IMG/VR virus record: IMGVR_UViG_3300036791_000517
Span: 1 to 61,573 of that record
Length of the DNA: 61,573 nucleotides
Direction: 5' to 3' (one strand)
Source of the DNA: a virus
Lineage: Duplodnaviria > Caudoviricetes
Part shown: positions 1-7,261 of the stretch, piece after piece
How positions within the stretch are numbered: position 1 is the first letter of the stretch
How the letters are laid out: each line of letters opens with the position of its first letter
The notes under the pieces: model-generated
Seen by the model: the letters and a program-made list of their open reading frames with translations, nothing else
The model's database searches: none
Told to the model about the DNA's origin: nothing
Made by a program: the position numbers and the translations under genes

Positions 1-127
1 TGCTGAGCCGCTTGGCCGGTGCGTCGTATTTCATCACTAACGCGACCGAGCCAGGGGTGCTGGGTGCGCCCAATATGATGGATCATCACAACCCGGTTCG
101 CGTCTATGGCGAAATGGCAAACACCTA
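1..127. repeat. Terminal direct repeat (circular assembly overlap), copy 1
   Basis: 1-127 (tgctgagccg...aacaccta) is identical to 61447-61573. The length of 127 matches a common assembler k-mer, and the repeat lies inside a continuous reading frame. Confidence 0.97.
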
Positions 128-1631
128 CCGCCTGATCAATCCTTTCATGATGGCGCTGCGCGGCGCTCTCGACGCGGGCAAGGCGTTCATCGGGCGCACG
201 GGGGGATTGACCGACTACGCACCGATCTTCGACAAGGCTATCGGCAAGCAGCGCAACGCGCCGCAGCTTTCGGATTTTGTCCATCAGGCGTCTGAGCTCG
301 GTCTGTTCGAGACGACGGCCAGCGTCGAATATCAGCGGGCGCTCTACGGCATATCGACCAGCCTCTTGCAACGTGCCACCGATTGGGCGACCAATGTTTT
401 CATGGCGGCCAACGCCGCTGTCGAGAACATGAACCGCTTCGTCACGGGCATCACGGCGTACAATCTTGAGATCAAGAAACTCCAGCGTGAGAAGCAGGGC
501 GATCCTGAGAATTGGCACCAGCAGGCGGTCGATTACGCCATCGACGTCATGTACAAATCTGCCGGTGACTATCGCAACTGGAACAAGCCGTCGCTGTTCA
601 ATAAAGGGCCGGTGTTACGACTGGCCAGTCAGTACAAGCTCTACCCGCAGCGCGTCATTGCGAGTTTCATCGAATCGGCGGTCGGTACGTTCAAGGGCGA
701 GACCAAGGAAGCGCGGATGGAACATTTCCGCCGTCTTGCCGGATTGACAGGGGTTACGATCGGCGCGGCGGGCGTGCTGGGTCTGCCGACTGAAATTCTC
801 AAGGCACCGCTCAACGCGCTGTATCTGGCGGGCGTTACGAACTACACGGCGGACGACGCCGAGAACAAGTTCCGTCAACTGATGGCGACACATTTCGGAC
901 CGATCGGTCAGGTCATCAGTGACGGCGTGTCTCGCCTCGGACCGGTCGATATCGGCGGCCGGGTAGGTCTCAGCAACACGCTGTTCTTCAGCTCACCGAC
1001 ATCGCGCAAACCGCGTGACATCATGGGCGCAGCGGTCGGCGTGATCTTTGGTTCGGGCGGCAACATGATGCAGGACACCATCAAGGGTGTTCAGTTCATG
1101 GTGCAGGGCCTGCAGGCGATGAACGATGGCGCCTACGCTGAGGGTCGACAGCTTCTACTGAAGGGCGCACGCTGGACGGTGAACGTTCGTGCGTTGGCCG
1201 ATTCGCTGGATGCCGCCACCTCCGGCGAGGCGACGGTAACGCCGAGCGGCCGGGTGATCAGACCGCCAATGAGCACGCAGGAACGCATCATCCGTGCCAC
1301 TGGCTTCCAGCCGACCAGCGCCACGATGCAGCGTGAGCACCACGATCTGATCAAGGGCATGGCCGACCGCTACACCGCCGAGCGCACCCGTCTGGTGCAG
1401 GAATGGGCGGGGGCGACGTCGGCCGAGCGGATGATGATTCAGAAGCGCATCGACGCGTTCAATCGCCAGTATCCGCTAGAGACCCAGCGCATCACGCGTG
1501 ATGTCCTGCTCAAGGCTGTCGGGGTGCGGGCCAAGGGACAGAAGCAGCCGCAGGAAGAGATGGGCTTGCCATTGAGCAAACAAACGCGTCCATTCCTGCG
1601 TGAAGAGCCAGCCTACGGCGTGCCGCGGTAA
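3..1631 (+). CDS. C-terminal part of giant virion/ejection polyvalent protein (continues from 54231 across the junction)
   Basis: Same frame as the ORF starting at 54231 (position 61458 = position 12, both 0 mod 3). Helical, amphipathic sequence typical of the C-termini of large internal virion proteins. Confidence 0.85.
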   Translation: MSRLAGASYFITNATEPGVLGAPNMMDHHNPVRVYGEMANTYRLINPFMMALRGALDAGKAFIGRTGGLTDYAPIFDKAIGKQRNAPQLSDFVHQASELGLFETTASVEYQRALYGISTSLLQRATDWATNVFMAANAAVENMNRFVTGITAYNLEIKKLQREKQGDPENWHQQAVDYAIDVMYKSAGDYRNWNKPSLFNKGPVLRLASQYKLYPQRVIASFIESAVGTFKGETKEARMEHFRRLAGLTGVTIGAAGVLGLPTEILKAPLNALYLAGVTNYTADDAENKFRQLMATHFGPIGQVISDGVSRLGPVDIGGRVGLSNTLFFSSPTSRKPRDIMGAAVGVIFGSGGNMMQDTIKGVQFMVQGLQAMNDGAYAEGRQLLLKGARWTVNVRALADSLDAATSGEATVTPSGRVIRPPMSTQERIIRATGFQPTSATMQREHHDLIKGMADRYTAERTRLVQEWAGATSAERMMIQKRIDAFNRQYPLETQRITRDVLLKAVGVRAKGQKQPQEEMGLPLSKQTRPFLREEPAYGVPR

Positions 1632-1643
1632 CCCCGGGAGTTA
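1629..1643. promoter_or_regulatory. Palindrome family B site TAACCCCGGGAGTTA
   Basis: Overlaps the TAA of the giant gene and supplies the GGGAG SD for ATG 1647. Confidence 0.7.
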
Positions 1644-1646
1644 GAC

Positions 1647-2855
1647 ATGGCGACGTGGAGGGGAAACGAGATTCCACCGAGACCGCAGATCGAGCAGCCA
1701 AGGTCGCCTGATCTGCTGCCGGAAGATTTCGATCCGTTCCCTGATGCCGAGCCCGACTACAATCCAAAGCCCGGCCAGAAGCATTACGATCCGAGGAATC
1801 AGATGGCGAGAAGATACGCCGATGGCGGTGAGGTGGCACCGGCACCGCCAACCGACTGGGATGCCATCAGGACAGGAGTTACCCAGCGTTTTCCACGGTT
1901 GCAGGACGCGCTGAGCGGCACGCAGCTGCAGTGGGGCGATCCGGCTAAGAGCGGCGGCAATCAGCTAGAATCGTATCCGGCGGACGAAAGCGACAATCCA
2001 AACCCTGGTCAGCGCACCATCGAGGTCTACAAGGGCTCGCTGCAGGGCGATCGGTTGGTCAATGCGGTTGCCGGTGATCTCCTGCATCACCTGGGTAGCG
2101 TTGATCGCGTTACAGGTCAGCCGGTCGATCCGACATGGCACGGCATGAAGCAGGCATTCATCGATACACTCACGCCGCAGCAAATGAAGGTTGATCTGCA
2201 AGCCTACAAGCAGGATCAGGCACAAGGTGAAACGCGGACGATCGACGACTGGATGCAGAACAGTCGCAGCGACGCCTATCTGCGGGGTTACCTGACACCC
2301 GATGAAAACAACGAGTGGAAGGATGTCTACACGCCGAATCAAAAACAAATGCTGGATGGCATGCGGCAATACCTCAAGAGCTATCGGCGGGGCGGCATTG
2401 CGCAGCGCTACGCGGCCGGTGGTCCTGTGGTACGCCCTGAACCTGAAGACGTCGATGTCGACGATCCTTATTCGGCACGTCGCGGCCCGTACCGCCCGCA
2501 GGAAGGGGAAACGATGCTCCATCGCGGGCCAGACGAATACCTGCCGGGCAATACCCCCTACCAGAAAGGCATGGAGGACTGGCCGAAGTCAGACACCTAT
2601 GAGGAAGTCGACCCGCAATGGATGCGACCTGATCCAGAGCCGGAGCCTGAGCCCGAGCCTGAACCGCCGCCCGAGCGCACCGACGACAAGATCAGCCGGT
2701 TGATGGACAATCCCGAACACGGCTCGTGGCATGAGGATGGGAAATTTCAAATCTACACGCCGAACCCCAGCATGTTTGCCAACGTCGATCCGCGGGACTT
2801 CGTGAAGTTCTTCGACAAGTATCACCCGGCGGATCACAAACTGAACCTGCCATAG
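1647..2855 (+). CDS. Hypothetical multi-segment protein with three xxGG motifs and an EP repeat
   Basis: 402 aa with SD. YADGGEV, YRRGGIA and YAAGGPV flank a globular segment (GDLLHH...SRSDAYLRGY). PEPEPEPE tract near the C-terminus. Confidence 0.8.
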   Translation: MATWRGNEIPPRPQIEQPRSPDLLPEDFDPFPDAEPDYNPKPGQKHYDPRNQMARRYADGGEVAPAPPTDWDAIRTGVTQRFPRLQDALSGTQLQWGDPAKSGGNQLESYPADESDNPNPGQRTIEVYKGSLQGDRLVNAVAGDLLHHLGSVDRVTGQPVDPTWHGMKQAFIDTLTPQQMKVDLQAYKQDQAQGETRTIDDWMQNSRSDAYLRGYLTPDENNEWKDVYTPNQKQMLDGMRQYLKSYRRGGIAQRYAAGGPVVRPEPEDVDVDDPYSARRGPYRPQEGETMLHRGPDEYLPGNTPYQKGMEDWPKSDTYEEVDPQWMRPDPEPEPEPEPEPPPERTDDKISRLMDNPEHGSWHEDGKFQIYTPNPSMFANVDPRDFVKFFDKYHPADHKLNLP

Positions 2856-2865
2856 GAGGCTTGAC

Positions 2866-3012
2866 ATGAAGTCAACCAAGAAAACTAGCAAGTTAGAATC
2901 GACCAAGCCATTGCCTGCTGTTGGTTCACAGCCAGATCTCAGCGCTAAGATCGGTGGTGTCGGCAACGAACCGCAGATCGAGAACTGGAAAAAGGGCAAG
3001 GGGGGTAAGTGA
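2866..3012 (+). CDS. Small basic hypothetical protein (48 aa, not in ORF track)
   Basis: AGGAGG SD at 2854, ATG 2866, MKSTKK...KGKGGK. The TGA overlaps the next ATG, and a family A palindrome overlaps the start. Confidence 0.65.
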   Translation: MKSTKKTSKLESTKPLPAVGSQPDLSAKIGGVGNEPQIENWKKGKGGK

Positions 3013-3623
3013 TGGCTGGTGGCGACGACATCGACTGGTGGATGAAAAAAATGAGCGGTATTCTTGCCGATCCTAAATCCATCAAAACGATGAAACCCGG
3101 TGAAAGTTGGGTCGCCCCGAATGCGCCGGGAGATCCTCGGTTCATTAACGACGCCGAAGCAGTTCGCCCGCGCGGCATTGCGCTTCACGCCAAAGGAGGA
3201 AAGGTCATGCCCAAAATGACAAAGGAGGAGTTCGAAAACTCTCCGCTCGACATTGAAAAAAAGGGCGTGAAGGAAGGGTCGCGCGAAGACGAAGCGCTCG
3301 ACCGCAAGCAGATGGCGGCGGCGACCAAAGGCAAGGGCATCGTCAAGATGGCCAGCGGCGGCGTCCCCGCTGCAGCAGTCGATCCACGGACGCAGCTGTC
3401 AGCTGGCTACTGGGATCGCGTCCGTCGCCAAGCTGCTGTCGATCGGGCGGCTCAACCAGATACCAGGATGCTCGATCAGCGTACCCTGCAACAGAACCAG
3501 TATCTCGCTCCACCGGGTCCGTCGGGCGTTACCCCGGCTGCGGGAGCCATACCGGCTTACAACAAGGGCGGCATGGTCAAGCACGGATCGTCCACTCACG
3601 TCTCCTGCAAAGCGAAAGGATAG
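3012..3623 (+). CDS. Hypothetical protein with repeated xxGG motifs
   Basis: TGATG coupling. Contains HAKGGKV, MASGGVP, YNKGGMV and EGSREDEALDR. Confidence 0.75.
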   Translation: MAGGDDIDWWMKKMSGILADPKSIKTMKPGESWVAPNAPGDPRFINDAEAVRPRGIALHAKGGKVMPKMTKEEFENSPLDIEKKGVKEGSREDEALDRKQMAAATKGKGIVKMASGGVPAAAVDPRTQLSAGYWDRVRRQAAVDRAAQPDTRMLDQRTLQQNQYLAPPGPSGVTPAAGAIPAYNKGGMVKHGSSTHVSCKAKG

Positions 3624-3626
3624 ATC

Positions 3627-3836
3627 ATGGCAAAAGGAAAACTCCCTCCGTTCATCGGCCGTGGCGCCAAGGCACCGCCACCGCCACCGCGACGTCGCGC
3701 TCCACCCGCCATGGCTGAAGGGTCACCGGCCGAGGAAGCGCTCGATCGTCAGCAGGACATGGGCGGCGGTGCGCCTGGGTTCCGCAAAGGTGGCCGGGTT
3801 TCGGCACCGTTTCCCAAGGGCAAGACAGTACGGTGA
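3627..3836 (+). CDS. Small basic protein with FRKGGRV motif
   Basis: AAGGA SD. EGSPAEEALDR resembles a motif in the upstream gene. Confidence 0.7.
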   Translation: MAKGKLPPFIGRGAKAPPPPPRRRAPPAMAEGSPAEEALDRQQDMGGGAPGFRKGGRVSAPFPKGKTVR

Positions 3837-3887
3837 AGGTTCAGTCGGGAGTATCGGTGCACACTTTTTTCCGAAAAGGAGCGAGCT

Positions 3888-4067
3888 ATGTCGGTACTCC
3901 TGACGATCCTCATCATCATCGTCGTTCTCGCGCTTGTCATGTGGGCGATCTACTATGTTCCATTGCCGCCCGGCTCGCCGACATGGCTTAAAAATTTCCT
4001 CTATATTTTGGTTCTGATTGTCGCCATTATAGTGATCGTCTATCACACTGGTGCGCTGCGCTACTAA
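3888..4067 (+). CDS. Two-TM small membrane protein, holin candidate (59 aa, not in ORF track)
   Basis: AAGGAG SD. MSVLLTILIIIVVLALVMWAIYYVPLPPGSPTWLKNFLYILVLIVAIIVIVYHTGALRY gives two hydrophobic helices joined by a Pro loop. Confidence 0.75.
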   Translation: MSVLLTILIIIVVLALVMWAIYYVPLPPGSPTWLKNFLYILVLIVAIIVIVYHTGALRY

Positions 4068-4080
4068 CAGGAGAACGGCC

Positions 4081-4272
4081 ATGCCGACAACCGGTCCGCG
4101 TACCCCGCTGCGTCCTCCTGCCAAACCGCCTGCTGATAGCGGTCCCAATCCCTACGCCAAACCGGCCAACCATAAAGGTCCGCACCGCTCCGATCCGGAT
4201 TACGGGCATACCACCAACGCGACGACCTACTGGCAGGGCAAGCTCGAATCCGACCGTAAGCCTCGCCGATGA
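4081..4272 (+). CDS. Small hypothetical protein
   Basis: AGGAG SD, ATG 4081, ATGA overlap with the next gene. Confidence 0.65.
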   Translation: MPTTGPRTPLRPPAKPPADSGPNPYAKPANHKGPHRSDPDYGHTTNATTYWQGKLESDRKPRR

Positions 4273-5429
4273 CCCCACCGTACAAACTTTTAGACCAGGC
4301 GACTGGTGAGGAAATCTTCGCCGACATGGACACCGCACCTGGCCAATACATCGAGGTGTGGAGCGGACCTTCTCCTTCGAGCCCGATCGCGCGTATCAGT
4401 CCGGGTGCCTTGCTGCGCCCCGGTGACCCGCCCGTCGAGCCGCCTATCGAGCCACCGATCGATCCGCCGGTCGAACCGCCCATCGACCCTATCCCTCCAA
4501 CTCCCGGAGACGACGGCATGGACTCAGTCACCAACGAGACCGAGCTGCGCGACGCCCTGCAGACCTATGCCAACGAAGCCCGTGTCGGCAGCTGCGGCAG
4601 CAAGACGCCGGTCATCATGACCAAACCGATCGTCATTAAACAGCAGAGCTGCGACGGCTTCCCGTGGGGTGTCAATGGCAATTTCCTGCGCGTGCTGTGG
4701 CAGGGCCCGGCTGGTCAGGATATGATCACCTACCAAGGCGTCAACGGCGTGCAGAACCGCGGACTGTTCATCGAGAAGCTGTGCATGGACGGCAACGGTT
4801 GGGGCGGCTCTCCGGGAGGCAGCTGCCTTAAAATCTATGCGCCCGACGGCGATCCCGGATCGATCTACAAATTCACCCTGCGTGACATCTTCACCAACTA
4901 CGCCAGCCACGGCGTCCACCTCGCAGGCGCCGTGTTCGAGGGCCTGATGGAAAACATCCACGCCGAGAACCATACCGGTGATGGCATCTACATGGAGCAT
5001 CTCGGGCTCGATGGCATGGCGCCGTGGTCGATCGTCAGCAACGTCATGATCGTGCATCCCAACGCCAGCCGAAACTTCGGCGCGGGCATGCGGCAGGTCT
5101 ACAGCGTGAACTCGATCCTTGGCAGCTACGTGTTGAACGCTGCCGGTGGCATTGTCGGCCCCGACGGCATTCGCGCCGTCATGCTGTCGAACGGCGAGAA
5201 TACCGGCGAGCAGCTGTTCGTGCTGAGCAGCAACGGCTACGGCTCGATCACCCAAGCCAACGAGGGTTCGACCGATGGCAACACGCGTTGCCGCAAGTAC
5301 GAGGGTGGCCAGTGGGTCGACGTCGGCAAGCCGATGCTCTACGGCACCAATAACGTCGAGCAGCACGACGAGGCCAACCACATGAGCTACTACGGCGACG
5401 GCTCACAGTCGCCACGGTGGATGAAGTAA
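4269..5429 (+). CDS. Right-handed parallel beta-helix (pectate-lyase-like) protein, possible depolymerase/tailspike
   Basis: Pro-rich linker (PPVEPPIEPPIDPP) followed by Asn/Gly-rich beta-helix-type repeats (HGVHL, ENHTGDGIY, NFGAG). Confidence 0.6.
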   Translation: MTPPYKLLDQATGEEIFADMDTAPGQYIEVWSGPSPSSPIARISPGALLRPGDPPVEPPIEPPIDPPVEPPIDPIPPTPGDDGMDSVTNETELRDALQTYANEARVGSCGSKTPVIMTKPIVIKQQSCDGFPWGVNGNFLRVLWQGPAGQDMITYQGVNGVQNRGLFIEKLCMDGNGWGGSPGGSCLKIYAPDGDPGSIYKFTLRDIFTNYASHGVHLAGAVFEGLMENIHAENHTGDGIYMEHLGLDGMAPWSIVSNVMIVHPNASRNFGAGMRQVYSVNSILGSYVLNAAGGIVGPDGIRAVMLSNGENTGEQLFVLSSNGYGSITQANEGSTDGNTRCRKYEGGQWVDVGKPMLYGTNNVEQHDEANHMSYYGDGSQSPRWMK

Positions 5430-5459
5430 GCGTTAACCCAAGCCCCTACAGGAGATTTC

Positions 5460-6089
5460 ATGCAGCCGTTCCTTGCCTACATCACGCCTCTCGCCACGGG
5501 CGGCGAGCCGACCCATCCGATCGCCCCCGGCGGCCCGCCGCCCTATCCCGCCCATCCCATCGCCCCCGGCGGCCCGCCGCCCGGCCCGAGCCAAGGCCCC
5601 GGCTTCCCGACCCATCCCATCGTGCTGCCGATCCCGCCCGACTGCATCGCGCCCGGCGTGCCGTCGCACCCGATCTACATTCCGGTCGAACCGGCCCACC
5701 CGATCTACATCCCGCCCGAGGCCATCGGCCCCGGCGTGCCGACCCATCCCATCGTGCTGCCACCGCCGGTCCCCGGCCATCCCATCGTGATCCCGCCCGA
5801 AGTGTGGCCGCCCGAGATGGTCAATAAGCCGACCCACCCCATCGTCCTGCCGCCGCTCGAAGTGTGGCCGCCCGGTCCCGGCATCGACGCGCCAGCCCAT
5901 CCCATCGTGCTACCGCCGCCCAACCAGCCGCCCACCCTGCCGCCGGTCGGCAGCGTGCCGGTCGGTACCGTGCTGGTCCTCGTCAAGACAAACGAAGGCT
6001 TGAAGTGGGCGACGCAGGTGGTTGCTGGCCCGCCCTACACTCCCCCGTCCGGTGGCAGCGTACCGACGCCGGTCGCGCCTAGGCGGTAG
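5460..6089 (+). CDS. Proline-rich protein with nine PxHPI repeats
   Basis: AGGAG SD. P[TASG]HPI[AVY] occurs nine times. Confidence 0.8.
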   Translation: MQPFLAYITPLATGGEPTHPIAPGGPPPYPAHPIAPGGPPPGPSQGPGFPTHPIVLPIPPDCIAPGVPSHPIYIPVEPAHPIYIPPEAIGPGVPTHPIVLPPPVPGHPIVIPPEVWPPEMVNKPTHPIVLPPLEVWPPGPGIDAPAHPIVLPPPNQPPTLPPVGSVPVGTVLVLVKTNEGLKWATQVVAGPPYTPPSGGSVPTPVAPRR

Positions 6090-6103
6090 GACGGTGATAT
6101 AAT

Positions 6104-6130
6104 CCCCCGCCGAGGCGCCTCGGCGGGGGG
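6104..6130 (+). terminator. GC hairpin after the PxHPI gene
   Basis: Inverted repeat cccccgccgagg/cctcggcggggg with no clear U-tract. Confidence 0.4.
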
Positions 6131-6135
6131 TGCCT

Positions 6136-6345
6136 ATGCGCAGACTGCTACTGGCATTGCTGTTGAATGGCTGCGCCGACGAGTATCCAACCCTTAAGTT
6201 CGAACCGCGCTTGGTCGAGTGTCCGCATCGCATTAAATGCCACGTCGTCGAATGGCAGATTGGGCCAACTTTCATGGCCCATGTCGGCGGCACTCACATA
6301 GATTGCCGCTGCATTAGCGAGGTGTCTGATGCCAAAAATTCTTGA
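6136..6345 (+). CDS. Putative lipoprotein
   Basis: MRRLLLALLLNGC has a basic N-terminus, hydrophobic core and lipobox Cys. Confidence 0.55.
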   Translation: MRRLLLALLLNGCADEYPTLKFEPRLVECPHRIKCHVVEWQIGPTFMAHVGGTHIDCRCISEVSDAKNS

Positions 6346-6532
6346 ACGGCTGGTCAGTCAGCTGAAAGCGAAAGGCAAACCGGAGAGCAGTGCCTACGCC
6401 ATCGCGACGAAGGCTCAGCAGCGCGCTGGCAATCTCAAGCCAGGCACGCAAGAGCTTACCAAGCAGGGTGCGACACGACAGGCGATGGGAGCCGAAGGGC
6501 GGGCTAAGGCTCGCGCGGCGAGAAATAAATGA
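6329..6532 (+). CDS. Small basic hypothetical protein
   Basis: GAGG SD, ATGA coupling to the next gene. Confidence 0.7.
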   Translation: MPKILERLVSQLKAKGKPESSAYAIATKAQQRAGNLKPGTQELTKQGATRQAMGAEGRAKARAARNK

Positions 6533-6774
6533 GCGCTCCATCAGGCCGGGTCTACTCCGCTTACGATGTCGCCTACGAGCATCGTCCGGCCGAAAAACTC
6601 AAGCACGCCGAACGGGTCAAGGCCCATCGTCACATGGTTGCTCGCTACGGCAAAGCGGCATTGGCAGGCAAGGATGTCGATCATATCGTAGCGCTGCAAG
6701 GCGGCGGGTCGAACGCTCCGAGCAACTGGCGGCTGCGCTCGATCAGCGCCAACCGCGCTGATAAAACCTATTAG
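6529..6774 (+). CDS. HNH endonuclease
   Basis: DVDHIVALQGGGSN...NWRL...NR fits an HNH core. Confidence 0.85.
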   Translation: MSAPSGRVYSAYDVAYEHRPAEKLKHAERVKAHRHMVARYGKAALAGKDVDHIVALQGGGSNAPSNWRLRSISANRADKTY

Positions 6775-6783
6775 GAGTCAACC

Positions 6784-7065
6784 ATGGCAGACGACAATGT
6801 CATGTCGCTGGGTGCCGCTCGCGCAACGGCAGCGGGTGACAATCGTCTATGGTCGCCTGTGGAATGCCTTGAAGAAGCTGTTCGTGATGTGAAGTCCGGG
6901 CGTATCACTGCCGACAAGGTGGTTGTAATATTTCTGAACACTGGCACCGAGGACGATCCCGATTTCAACGTCGACTATTACGTTGCTAAAACCAAAGCGT
7001 CGCAGATCCTGGCCGCTCTGGAATGTGTTAAGTCTAAAATTCTGGCTGAGATGGGATACCCCTAG
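6784..7065 (+). CDS. Hypothetical protein
   Basis: AGGAG SD. Last gene of the rightward arm. Confidence 0.7.
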   Translation: MADDNVMSLGAARATAAGDNRLWSPVECLEEAVRDVKSGRITADKVVVIFLNTGTEDDPDFNVDYYVAKTKASQILAALECVKSKILAEMGYP

Positions 7066-7247
7066 CGGCCTTCAATGGCTGTCACCAGCTCCTCCTCATT
7101 CAGCAGATCGATCAGGCGATGCAGGAACACAACGTCGTCGCCCGTACATAGCTCATCGTCGCCAGTACGCACGATAGCCCAACGGATTGGAACATCGTCG
7201 CTGCGCCATCGACAGCGTTCGACGCGGTAGGGATAGTCGTAGGCCAT
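7062..7247 (-). CDS. Hypothetical protein
   Basis: AGGAG SD on the minus strand. Convergent 4-nt overlap with the previous gene. Confidence 0.6.
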   Translation of the reverse strand: MAYDYPYRVERCRWRSDDVPIRWAIVRTGDDELCTGDDVVFLHRLIDLLNEEELVTAIEGR

Positions 7248-7261
7248 GGTGTTCTCCTGTT

